The notes: generated from the sequence alone by a model not told the origin. DNA of 64,000 bases from the human T2T-CHM13v2.0 reference genome, Homo sapiens (GCF_009914755.1 NC_060929.1), one strand, 5' to 3'; positions 16,480-29,665 are shown, counted from the first letter of the stretch. A program made the numbers and translations.

Positions 16480-16886
16480 GGTGTTAGTCTGTTTTGCATT
16501 GTTATACAGGAATATCTGAGGCTTGGTAATTTATAAAGAAAAGAGTTTTATTTTGGTTCACGGTTCAGAGGCTTTATAAGAAACCTAATGCTGGCAGCTA
16601 CTTCTGGTGAGGGCCTTAGGAAGCTTACAATCATGGTAGAAGGTGAAGGGGAAGCAGGCGTGTCACATGATGAGAAAGCAAGAGAGATGCCAGGCTCTTT
16701 TAAACAACCAGCTCTTGCATGAACTAACAGAGTGAGAAATCACTTATTACCATGGAGAGGGCACCAAGCCATTTATGAGAGATCCACCCCCCTGACCCAA
16801 ACACCTCCCACCAGGCTCCATCTCCAACTTTGGGATTCACATTTCAATATGAGATTTGGAAGGGACAAACATCCAAACCCTATTAG
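16480..16886 (-). mobile_element. MST (MaLR) solo LTR
   Basis: ttagtctgttttgcattg..ggtaatttataaagaaaagag..tgagatttggaagggacaaacatccaaac. Confidence 0.9.
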
Positions 16887-17046
16887 CTACACAGTGTCCC
16901 AGTGAGGCCACACTGCACAGATTCACAAGCTAGAGAAGCCCCTATTCAGCAAGGATGGGCTCACTCTCACCTCTGAACACTATACAATTAGCATTTTGCT
17001 GACACGGCCAGCCAGCAAATGTGAGCAGCTCTTTATTTATGGGTGA

Positions 17047-17409
<363 letters not shown>

Positions 17410-17574
17410 CTCATTTCTATTATCAAATTAGAATCAACATTTTTGGTTATGAAAGATTCATTTCACATTGTGATTTAGAACACAACCGCAGTTGTGTGTG
17501 TGCACACATGCTTGCACATCAAACTTAAAGTTTCACAGACCAGCTCTCTCCTGCTTACCTGTGATTTGCTCTGG

Positions 17575-17765
17575 TATTTCTTATCCTATCCTATTCAATC
17601 CATCCCATCCTACCCTATCCTATGCATCTTCTCCTATCCAATCCATCTTCTCCTTCTCTCCTCTCCTCTTCTCCCCTTCCCTCTCCTCCCCTCCCCTCCT
17701 TATTCTAACCTATCCCATCTTATGTCATCCCATCCCATCCCACCCTATCTTATTCTATCTGTATC
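17575..17765. repeat. Degenerate pentamer pyrimidine-rich tract (CCTAT/CCCAT/CTCCT)n
   Basis: Read directly from the sequence. Confidence 0.85.
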
Positions 17766-18018
17766 CCAAGTGCTAGTCATGACTCACTACATTTATATTA
17801 CGACACTTTAATATCTGATGGATCTACTTCCAGCAAATAAAACCAGCAATGGTGCAACTTCATGAGCACTGGCAGAAAAAGGCACTCTTCTGTATGAAAC
17901 AATCTGCCGCCCACAGATATACTGATTTCTGACAATGTGCCCAGCCCTTTTCCTCCCAAGTGAGAAGGATAAAGAGAAGAGGTAAAGCACACTCCTTCTG
18001 TATGATACATATATACAC

Positions 18019-18020
<2 letters not shown>

Positions 18021-18054
<34 letters not shown>
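18021..18054. repeat. (GT)17 microsatellite
   Basis: Perfect dinucleotide run. Confidence 0.98.
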
Positions 18055-18057
<3 letters not shown>

Positions 18058-21000
18058 CTTACCATAAATAGTCCCCAAACTTGACTTTCCTTTCCCTGAA
18101 GTGGGATAGGAAAGAGGAAATCAATATCAGTTGAATCTGCATAGTGCATGGATTGGTGCTGGGGATAGAAACTCTTTTTTCAATTCTCACATTTCATCAA
18201 AGCTAGTAGTAAACAGAAGTTACTATCAGAGAAGACCTTGAGTAAACTAATTGGTGATTTGAATTAATGTCTTGATATGGCATTAATTTTCTTTCCCTGT
18301 CAATTCTGGGAGACATTCTAAAAGCCCTTAGAATGGAAATTAATTGCCTAGCTTTTCCTGTGATGTTAATAGTACTCCCTTGGGCCTTCAAAAGCAACTT
18401 TCAAAGGAGAATGTGATTTGTTGCATAGTTCTGTTTATTTTTGTTTTTCCAGAGTTTGGACTTCTTTATTAAAGGCTGTCAACCTAAGGCTTTGACCACA
18501 AAGATTTAGCACCATGTTTTTAAGAAAAAGAAAATCAAAATTGGGGTTAACGAAAATTAAAAATCTTTGAGACTCCTTGTAGGTCTCTTGTACAGACACT
18601 TGTTTTGCAACTGTCTCTTGCCTGGGTGCGCCAGGTCTTTGCGGACCAGCTCGACCAGAGGAAAAACAAAATAAACATTACCAATGGTGGCTGTCATAAC
18701 CGGCAACCTCTTTTTTTTTTTTTCCTACCAGACAAACCTCTTTTTTTTTCCTCCATTACAATTTTGTCTGTGTTTGACATTTGAATCACCCTAGAATGTG
18801 GAATACTGTTTTTGTTGCAGCTACTGGGTAAGTGTCTCCTACCTACCTTGTCTGGAAAAAGCCCCAGATATCCCCTTCTCATGTGCCCTTGGCCTGGAGG
18901 CACTGCCCTTCCTGGCTTCCCTAGCTCAGGCTTTGGAGCCCACATAGTCACCAGCATGAAATTCAATCCCTATTCTCCGGCACCTGAATAGATAGGAGTT
19001 CAGCACATGCTCCAAATAGCGCGCCCGGGGACCTGGGAAAGGTGAACTGTTAACCGGCAGCGGGCCTGCCTAGCCTTCAAAGGTCAGATGACATGAAATG
19101 CTCCTCGGTGTTTGAAGATATTAGTCACATAGTAAACAAAAATACAGAGATTCTTGGAGGAGGTAGTGGTTGAAGTATTAGAAGCAGACATGTCAGAACA
19201 GAAGTATCCTGTCATCCTTGCTTTGCCTCATAAACAGGCGGGTACAGAGGCTGGGACATAATTCCTAAGCTGCTCCTATGACTTTATATCTCAAAATACT
19301 CAACATCGATTTCTGGGTTTCCCAAAAGTTGGCTCCAACACTTATCTCCCCTTTTCTATAGATCCAGTCTCTTCAAATACTGGCTCTTCGTACCGTGCAA
19401 GCATGTGATAAACCTCTCCCATTTTGGAGGAAGGCCAAGGAGGGGTGGCTTGGGCGAGAAGGGTGTCCAGAATGGTGCCCGGGAGAATCTCTGTGGGAGA
19501 TATTTGACTGTTACTTCATATTAACTTGAGTGGAAACTAAAAAGGCCCTCTCCTCTTCTCCCCTCGCCTCAGGCCTTTCCAGCAGGCGCGATGGTGGAAG
19601 CCCCGTGACGGTGGCCATGGCGGCGGCGGAAGTCTCATCAAGCCCGGCGGCCTTGTCTCTGGGCTGGGCCTTCTCGAGCTACTGGCCCTTCTAGCCCCAG
19701 TTGTGGGGTCTCAGCCTGAGCTGGCGACTGACCGGCTTCTCCGGCAGGAAGGGCTGAGGCTGCAAGCTCCCGCAGGAGGCACTGCCCAAACTCCTGGCCA
19801 GACTGACACGGCCCACACCCAGCTGGGACGAGGCTGCCCAGGAAGCACCCCTGCCAGGAAGCACCCCTGCCAATGCCCTTCCAGCCCTGGGCATTGGGAT
19901 AGACTCTTGCATCATCTCACTGAGGCATGGAGGCCTGTCACTGGTGCAGACCACGGACTTCTTTTACCCCTTGGTGGAGGATCCCTACATGAAGGGGTGC
20001 ATAGCTTGTGCCAACGTGCTGAGTGACCTCTAGGACATAGGCATTACTGAGTGTGAAAACGTGTTGACGTTACTCAGCCTTAGCCAGAGTATGAGTGAGG
20101 AGGAATGGGAAAATATAATGCCACTCATGATCAAAGGCTTTCGGGACGCTACTGAGGAGGGAGGAACTGCAGTGACAGGTGGACAAACGTGGTCAACTCT
20201 TGGCTTATCATGGGTGGAGTTGCCACTGTGGTGTGTCGGCCAAGTGCATTCATAATGCCTGATAATGCCGCTATTGGGGATGTGCTGGTATTAACCAAAC
20301 CCTTAGGAACCCAAGTTGCTGTCAATGCCCACCAATGGCTGGAGGATACTGAAAGATGGAATCAGGTGAAGATGGTGGTCTTTGGAGAAGAAGTAGATCT
20401 GGCCTATCAGGAAGCCATGCTCAATATGGCTACCATCAACAGAACTGCTGCTGGATTAATGCACAAATTTAATGCCCATGTGGCCACAGATATCACAGGC
20501 TTTGGCATTCTAGGACACTCTCAGAACCTCGTGAAGCAACAAAGAAATGATGTGTCCTTTGTCATTTGCAATCTGCCAGTCATTGCCAAGATGGCTGCCA
20601 TCAGCAAGGCCAGGGGGCAGTTTGGGCTTCTTCAAGGAACCTCAGCTGAAACCTCAGGAGATTACTGATTTGTCTTCCAAGAGAACAGGTGGCTCACTTT
20701 TTTTCTGAAATCAGATCTTCCAAGTACAGAGAGGGTCACCAAGCATGGATTGTTGGCATTGTGGAAAAGGGAAATCGGACAGCCTGGATCATTGACAAGC
20801 CTCGAGTTATTGAGGTCCTTCCTCGTGGGGCCACTGCCCACTGCCCCTGCTCTTGCTCCTGCACATTCCAATGTGTCCTCAGAGCCTAGCTCATGAAATG
20901 AAGTGGCACAAGTTGTTTAGAGCTTAGGGCCTTTGTAAACAATCATGGAGAATTCTCAAGAGTTGATTTAAGAAATTCCCAAAGAAGACTACCTGCATAG

Positions 21001-21461
21001 TGGTTGCAGCTGCCCTTTCTAGGTGATCTGAATTAGCCCATCAAAGCTGCCTGTGTGTGCATCCCAAGGCCAGAAGTAACATTTTGAACTTTGTGGGGAC
21101 ATTTGTTCATCTCCCGGGTAGAAGAGGAGCAGAAAAACTTGTTTCCTCTCTCCAAAGTAAGATGAGGCTATTCCAGTTTGAGGGATGTTTTTTGCATTGG
21201 GTTGATTAATTTCTGCACAGGGAGTGAGATTATTTATTAAAACTGCATACACACACAAAAAGTAAATTGCACAATGAAAAAAATTTAGATCTGAAGCAAA
21301 TGAGTTTGGACCAATACTATTGATAAATCTAAATTGTTATGAGAGATCTTATAGTGCAATGTCAGATTCTTTATTAGATTTTTCTGAAGTACTGGCTCTT
21401 TCCTGCTCTGGACAAGAATTGAGCAGCTTGTTTAAAGACTGGGAAAGGAGGACCTGCAATC

Positions 21462-21540
21462 ATCTGACTTGTTAATGATGTCTCTCCCTCTAAACCCCAT
21501 TAAGGACCGGAAGAGGCAGAAAGAGCCCTAGAGCCCAGGC
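21462..21540 (+). promoter_or_regulatory. SECIS element remnant (SEPHS2-type) in the pseudogene 3'UTR
   Basis: ATGA core 21475-78, apical AAA 21492-94, 3' GA 21519-20. Helix II GTCTCTCCC (21480-88) pairs with GGAAGAGGC (21509-17) at 8 of 9 positions (one G-U pair, one C.A mismatch). Confidence 0.8.
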
Positions 21541-21595
21541 CTTGGTGGTCATTAAGATGTTAAATCTTGTGCTGAAAATTTCTGGTGATTTAATC

Positions 21596-21628
21596 AATAA
21601 AGAGTAATTTCTAGCTGAAAAACCAAAA
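21596..21628 (+). terminator. Poly(A) signal and degenerate poly(A) remnant of the SEPHS2 copy
   Basis: AATAAA at 21596-21601, followed about 17 nt later by AAAAACCAAAA (21618-28). Confidence 0.7.
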
Positions 21629-21711
21629 TTTATTCCATTTTATAACACAAAACCCTCCTTTGACTATTCTCCCTTTCCTCCCAACAGTGGCTTCTCTTTC
21701 TTTTTCTAGAT

Positions 21712-21895
21712 CTGTATGTCTCAACCTTTGGTGTACATCAGAATCAGCTACAGAACTTGTTAAAGCACACATTCCTGAGCCTCATCCTCAGAGTTTCTGA
21801 TCTGGTAGGTTTGGGGTCGGGTCCAAGAATGTGCATTTCTAACAAGTTCCCAGGTGATGCTGACGGTTGGGGACCCACTTTGGGAAACACCACTC
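21712..21895. mobile_element. MER5A (hAT-Charlie MITE)
   Basis: tacatcagaatca..cagagtttctgatctggtaggt..tgcatttctaacaagttcccaggtgatgctga..actttgggaaacaccact. Confidence 0.85.
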
Positions 21896-21899
21896 TAAA

Positions 21900-22620
21900 G
21901 AGCACCCTCTGCATTCATTGGCTTTGCTTGCTCTTTTTCCATTCACTACCCAACCTGCTGTCACCTGTCTGCTGCCCCACACCACTGACCTCCAAAGGTC
22001 AAATCCAGTGGAGCTTTGTATCCCATCTTACTTGAGCCCTCTGTGACGTTGGTTCCCTGGCCACATGGCTCTCTTTCTTCCTTTGGCTTCCCTGACATCA
22101 CTCCTTCCCAATTGTCTCCTTCCTTTCTGGCTGCTCTTTTTGAGTTGCCTTTTCAGGAACGTCTTCTCCTGCCCATGGTGTGTTTCAGTCTTCTTCCAGG
22201 TGCTGCTCTTGTCCTCTGCATTTTTCACTCTGTTTTCTTCCTGGTTGCCTCACCCATGGTACAGCTTTGACTGGCATGCCAGTAACCCTCAGATCAACTT
22301 CTCCACTGCAAGGCTCTATTCTAGCTCTTTATCTGCACATCCAGACTCATAAAGCTAGACATGTCCCCAGGTGGGCTTATTATATTTGCCCTCAAACAGC
22401 CTACTTGTTTGACTTATCTTCAGGAAGGGCAACTATTTTACCCTGAGCCAGAAGTCTGTATGTCATTCTTACTTTTTCTCCCTCACTTTTATTCCTGACA
22501 TTCAATTCATCATCAAGATCTCTCTCATATTGCCCTCCTTTCATTTTTCATTGCTAATGCCTCAGTTTCCTACTGTTTGCTGATGTTACTGAGATAATCT
22601 CCCAAACTTAATTCTGCAGG
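21900..22620 (+). mobile_element. L2 ORF2 fragment
   Basis: Degenerate match to L2 (ccccacaccactgacctccaaaggtcaaatccagtgg..catcttacttga..cttggcttccctgacatcac). Confidence 0.7.
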
Positions 22621-22676
22621 CTGGGGCAGGATGGGGTACTTCCTGGGTATTAGCTTTCCAGTGTTTCCAGGCACTT

Positions 22677-22977
22677 CTTTTTTTTTTTTTTTTGAGATGG
22701 AGTCTTGCTGTCGCCCAGGCTGGAGCGCAGTGGTGCAATCTTGGCTCACTGCAGGCTCCGCCCCCTGGGTTCACGCCCTTCTCCTGCCTCAGCCTCCCAC
22801 GTAGCTGGGACTACAGGCGCCTGCCACCTTGCCTGGCTAATTTTTTTGCTTTTTTTTTTCAGTAGAGACGGGGTTTCACCATGTTAGCCAGGATGGTCTC
22901 GATCTCCTGACCTTGTGATCTGCTCACCTCGGCCTCCCAAAGTGCTGGGATTACAGGCATGAGCCACTGCGCCTGGC
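22677..22977 (-). mobile_element. Alu (AluY-like)
   Basis: Y-type diagnostics; flanking ggcactt duplication. Confidence 0.95.
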
Positions 22978-23092
22978 TGGCACTTTTTAAATACTGGCAA
23001 CATATAGGAGTCCCTCAAATCAGGTAACATTTTGCTATTCCATAAATTCTGGTTTTGCCATTTGATGCTATATCATTTTATACAATAAGACA

Positions 23093-23401
23093 TTTTATTT
23101 TATTATTTTTTTGAGACAAAGTCTCACTGTGTCACCCAGGCTAGAGTGCAGTGGTGTCATCACAGCTCACTGCAGCCTGAATCTCTGGGGCTCAAGTGAT
23201 CCTTCTGCCTCAGCCTCCAGAGTAGCTGGGACTGTAGGCACACACCACCACACCCAGCTAATTTTTTTTGAAAAATTGTTTTGCAGAGATAGGGATCTCT
23301 CTCTGTTGCCCAGGCAGGTTAGAACTCCTGGGCTCAGGCAATCTTCCCACCTCAGCCTCCCAAAGTGGTGTGATTACAAGTGTGAGCCACCACACCTGGC
23401 C
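23093..23401 (-). mobile_element. Alu (AluJ-like)
   Basis: J-type dimer. Confidence 0.9.
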
Positions 23402-24230
23402 AAGAAGAATTTTACTACTAATAAAAGTAATGCGGGAGGCATGCATTCTTAGCTCCATTTAAGATGAGGAAACTGAGCCTCTGAGAAGGTAATAGAGTTA
23501 GAAAAAAGTGGAGCCAAAGATACAAACAAGGTCTGCAAAAAGCAAGTTTTGTAAAATGAAAAATGTCTAGCTCCTTCCATGTAGAATTGCAGAGTATAGT
23601 TCCATTCTTTTGTTGAAGTGCAGTAAGTTTTAATAAATACATATATTTCTGTAATAAAGCACATTCATATAGTAAAGTGAAAAATGTACTAAAGCCAAAT
23701 ATGATCTGGTGACCCATTTCTATATGCAATTTTGTTTTCTCTCTCTCTCTCTCTGTATGTGTGTATATGCATGGGTGTGTATATGTAGTTTTATGAAAAT
23801 TTTAAAACTTTTATTTGGAAATAATTGTAGATTTTCAGGAACTTGCAAAGATAGTACAGAGAGGCCCTGGGTCCTCTTTATCCAGTGGTTACATCTTATA
23901 TAACTATAGTACAATATTAAAGCCAGCAAATTGACATTGGTACTATATAAGTTATGTATAGTTCCATGCCATTTTGTCACAGCCATAGATTTATGTGACC
24001 ACCACCATAATCAAGATATAGCACTACTCTATCACCACAAAGATCTTCCTCATGCTACCTCTTTATAATCATTTCCTCTTCCCTTCACCATTCCTAATCC
24101 CCAGCTACTACTAATCTGTTCTCCATCTCTATAATTTGTCATTTTAAGAATGTTGTATAAATGGAATTATATGGTATGTGACCTCTTGGGACTGACTTTT
24201 TTTTCCACTCCATAATGTCCTTGCGTATAG

Positions 24231-24766
<536 letters not shown>

Positions 24767-24945
24767 TAGTTATTGTATTTTTTAATACCTTTTTAGCCCA
24801 CCTTCTTTCTCCTCTCCTTCTGGGACTCAAATGACATGAGTGTTTGATTTCTTTGTTATACTCGTATAGGTTCCTGAGTTTGTTCATTTTTTTTTCAGTT
24901 AGTTTTTTTGTTTTTTCTGTTGTTCAGATTGAGTAATTTCTATTC

Positions 24946-25137
24946 TGCTGCCTCAGCCTCCTGAGTAGCTGGGACTACAGGTGTGCACCACCATGCCTGG
25001 CTAATTTTTGTATTTTTAGTAGAGACAGGTTTTTGCCATGTTGGCCAGGCTGGTCTTGAACTCCTGACCTCAAGTGATTGGCCTGCCTTGGCCTTCCAAA
25101 GTGTTGGGATTACAGGTGTGAGCCACAGTGCCTGGCC
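24946..25137 (-). mobile_element. Partial Alu, 3' part missing
   Basis: Left arm and part of right arm only. Confidence 0.9.
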
Positions 25138-26159
25138 AATTTCTAGTGTTCTAGTCTCAAGTTCACTGATTCTTTTCTCTGTCCTTTCCCTTCTGCTGTG
25201 AAGCTCATCTATTGAGTTTTTTTTTTTTGTATATTTTAGTTCTAAAATTTTTATTTGGTTCTTATTTACATCTTCTATTTGCTCAGATTTTCTCTTTTTT
25301 CATTTGTTTCAAGAAAGTTTTTGTAATTGTTCATTGAAGGCTTTTTATGATGGCTGCTTTAAAATCTTTATCAGACAATTCCAACATTATTATCTTGGTG
25401 ATGGCATCTGTGGACTGTCTTTTCTTATTTAATATGAGATTTTCCTGGTTCTTGGTGTGATTAGTGATTTTGTATTTTACCCTGGATATTTTGGGTATTA
25501 CATCATGAGACTCTAGTTCTTACTTAAATCTGTTTAGCAGCTTCCTCTGACATGTGCTGCAGGGAAAGAAGTGCTCCCCGTTGTTACTGCCAGGTGGGGG
25601 TGAAAATCTAGTTTCCCCACTTAGTTTCCTTTATGCCTCCAGGGGCAGGACCCCCATTACTGCTGGGTGGAGGTGGATTGCAGGCTCCTTGTAGACCTCA
25701 GCTGACAACCACTCTGGCTGGGAAGGAGAGGAACGTCTCACTATTGCTCCCCATGTGGCCTCCACTGACACTGTTTGAGGGGTGCTTACCACCAGATGGT
25801 GGTGAGATTTCTGGCCTCCCAAACCCTTTCGATAAGCTAGGGAGGAGGAGGAATGCCTTATTACCTCTGGGTGGAAGTGGAAGCCCAAGATCCCCATATG
25901 GCCTCCATTGACACCATGAAGGGGGTTTCACGTTGCTGGCGTGGGTGACAATCCTGGCTCCTCACTCAATCGTCTTTCATAATAATGGGATGGAGGAGAT
26001 AGAGTGAGGTGTTATTGTTACCGCTGGGAGAGGGTGGAATTCCAGGATCCCCTCTTGGCCTTTGCTGATGGAGGAGGAGGTGGGGCTCTATTTTTCTGTG
26101 GTGTATGGCTGGGGTAGAGTGGCTATTGTCCAAAAGTTTTCTGTCTTGCTATGTCGTAA

Positions 26160-26481
<322 letters not shown>

Positions 26482-27059
26482 ATACCTTTCTTTGTTCTTC
26501 GGCTAGAAGCAGTAGCTTCTCCTGGGGGCTTTTTTAGTCTGCCCCTGTTACTGTTTTTCAGTTGCTGGCTTTTCTGGCACCATGTCTGGGATGAGTGAGG
26601 CAAAAAGAAAACCCAGGGAACTTGTCACAGTGTGGTCCTCGGGGTTCCAGGCCCTTGTCAGTTTGCCTTCATTTCGTCACCTTTCAGAGGCTTGTTATGT
26701 TTGTTTTATGCATAACATCTGGGGTTTTCAGGTGTACTTTAACTTCATTTGTTTAGATAAAAGGCAGTCGTGCTTTCCTAGGAATGTTCCGGAAAAGCTG
26801 CATACTGATGGTCTGTGGGTGCTAAAGTGTACGTACTGCTTCTAAAGGCCCCAGGCCTTCCCAAGCGTCTATTCCTGCATGTCTTACAGGCACTTAAGCT
26901 GACAGATCAGCCTCAGGTTCCTTCCTCTGTTTCCACTATTACAACCAGAGATCCTAACTATCAGTGCTGTCATCTGAGGCTGCACCTTGGAAGGCCATTT
27001 AGATAGACCCTTCCTCACACAGGCGATTATTCCCCACGTCTAACCGACGTTACTTCCTG

Positions 27060-27870
27060 AGCGCCTTTTGAGCTAACCATGTCCTGTCTATATTCCCTTG
27101 CTTTATTTGAGCCATTATCATCTCTCACCTGCACTGTTGCCATAACTTCTTAACACATCTGTTTGCATCCGCTTTGTCCCCTCTGAGCCACTCACCCATG
27201 GTTCTGAAATGCATCTTTCTAACATGAACTTTTTCGACCCTTCAAGTCTGGCTCTGGGTCTCCCCAAGACCTTTTAGCCAGGGGGCAGAGAACTTGTGAT
27301 TAGGCCTCCATCTCTAGCCTCACCCTCAGCCACAACCTTCTAGAATATTCCTGCACAGTGTCACTGGTGGCCAGCTATCAATCACATCTCCAAAGCCTTC
27401 CCCTGGACCTTTGCACACAGTTTTTCTTCTGTTGTGAATGCCGTCACTTACTCTTTCCTTTTTTTTTTCCAATCTGATCCTCAAAATGTAAGCATATGTT
27501 ACTTTATTTGGGAAGATTTCCTAGGTACTGTACTTCTGACATTGCACTTAGACAAGGTATTATAGTTATGTTTATTTACACATCTAACTCTCCTGGAGAC
27601 TATTAATTCCCTTCATAGAGGGGACATGTCTGACCACAGAGTAGCATCGTGTAGTGCTTAAAAACAAGGACACCAGAGTCCTGAGTTTATATTCAGACTC
27701 CTGCTTATTAGTTCTATGGTCTCAGGGAATTTATGGAACGTCTTTGTGTCTCAAATTTAGTTACATGTGAAATGGAGATTATTGTGATGACTGAATGAGG
27801 TAATACATCGAAATTGCATAGCACAGTGCCTGTCACAAAATAAGCTCTTAATAGTTGTTAGTTATGATGA
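27060..27870 (+). mobile_element. L2 fragment followed by MIR (27640-27870)
   Basis: ccattatcatctctcacctg..ctggacctttgcacac; MIR core tgtgaaatggagatt..gcatagcacagtgcctg. Confidence 0.6.
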
Positions 27871-28730
27871 TGACTTACTTTGCTGTAATTTACCAACTAT
27901 TCTCCCACTGTGGAATATTTGCATTGCTTCTATTTTTTTTTTCCTATCATAGCTAACCCTGGTAGAAAATGTAAAAATCAAAACACAAGAGATGACTAGA
28001 ATTGGGATTACTTCTATGCCTTTGTATCTGAAGTTGACAAAATCAACTTAATTTTCTATCTATGTTTGAAGTGGTTGCTGAAAAATTTTGGTATTCTTTG
28101 TGACCTCTTCCACGCTGCAAAGCACATTGGAGCTTTTAAGATTAATTAAATTTTTCTCTCCCGCCTAGCTACTGGAAGAGAAAAATCCCAAAGGAAGCAC
28201 ATGACAAGTGAATTTGTACTTGAGCAATGGGTAGTGTGAATGCATTATAATTCAGTTTCTGTATTTGGATTTTTCTGCTCTCAGATGAGTATACTTGAGG
28301 TTTTGAAGAACTCCCTGACCTTGTTTCTTCTATACCTATCTCTACCCCAAATAGCTGGGTTTGTAAACACAAATTAAGTGAAAGGCACAAATTTCCTCTG
28401 TGCTAAGGGAAAGCTCATTTGAGGAGTTGGGACTCTACTTTCATTATTAAAGTGATACTGGTTTTAGCCTCTTACTCATTTCAGGCTGCTATAACAAATA
28501 CCATAGATGGGGAGGCTTAACCAACATTTATTTCTCAGGGTCATGGAAGTTGGGAAGTCCAAAATCAAGGTGCTGGCTGATTCAGTTCCTCATGAGGACC
28601 TTCATCCTGGTTTGTAGACTAATGCCTTCTTGATGTATTCTCACATGGTAGACAGAAAAATTATCACTCTGTTTCTTTTTATAAGGGCACTAATCCCATT
28701 CATGAGGGCTCCACACTCAAGACCTAATTA

Positions 28731-29375
<645 letters not shown>

Positions 29376-29509
29376 AAACCTCCCCAAAACCTCTCCTCCA
29401 AATAACATCACATTGAGTATTAGGGCTTGATGAATTTCTTGTTAGGGGAAATAAACATTCAGTCCATAGTCTCCTTCAAGAGAGGGAGGTAGGTAGGTTT
29501 TAAAAAAAT

Positions 29510-29665
29510 TATTATTTTTATATGTTTGGGTGTACAAGGGCAGCTTTGTTACATGGCTATATCATGTAGCGGTGAGGTCTGGGCTTTTAGCGTAACCATC
29601 ACCCCAACAGTGAGCATTGTGCTGAATAGGTAATTTTTCAACCCTCACCCCGCCATCACTCTCCA
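29510..29665 (-). mobile_element. L1 (L1PB/L1MA) 3' end fragment
   Basis: tttgttacatggctata..ggtgaggtctgggcttttagcgtaaccatcacc..aataggtaatttttcaaccctcaccc. Confidence 0.75.

Larger units (their letters stand above)
19480..21628 (+). pseudogene. SEPHS2P1: Intronless SEPHS2 (selenophosphate synthetase 2) pseudogene with 5'UTR, disrupted CDS (19591-20896), 3'UTR and degenerate A-tail; probably the locus named SEPHS2P1 if this is human
   Basis: Manual translation gives MAAAEVSSSPAALSLG..WRLTGFSGRKG-U(TGA 19755-57)-GCKLPQEAL..[36 protein letters not shown]. ORFs 20061-20255, 20189-20668 ([45 protein letters not shown]) and 20689-20889 ([27 protein letters not shown]) continue it, ending SEPSS-TGA at 20894-96. 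Disablements: TAG 19692-94, TAG 20031-33, 1-nt deletions near 20189 and 20660, 7-bp duplication 20831-44. The parent SEPHS2 is recognised directly; the P1 symbol is inferred. Confidence 0.95.

Noticed and set aside
20189-20668. 159-aa ORF as a functional truncated selenophosphate synthetase
   Set aside because: It is bounded by two 1-nt frameshifts, starts at a GTG created by the deletion, and lacks the N-terminal Sec/Lys catalytic region; it is a pseudogene fragment.
19591-20896. The functional SEPHS2 gene, or SEPHS1
   Set aside because: Two in-frame TAG stops and several frameshifts exclude a functional gene; UGA at the catalytic position, a SECIS and the SEPSS C-terminus point to SEPHS2, not SEPHS1, which has Thr there.
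18520-21632. Target-site duplication for the SEPHS2 copy (aaaatcaaaatt near 18531 versus aaaaccaaaatt near 21619)
   Set aside because: Short A-rich match with a mismatch, about 950 bp from the recognisable 5' homology; expected by chance.
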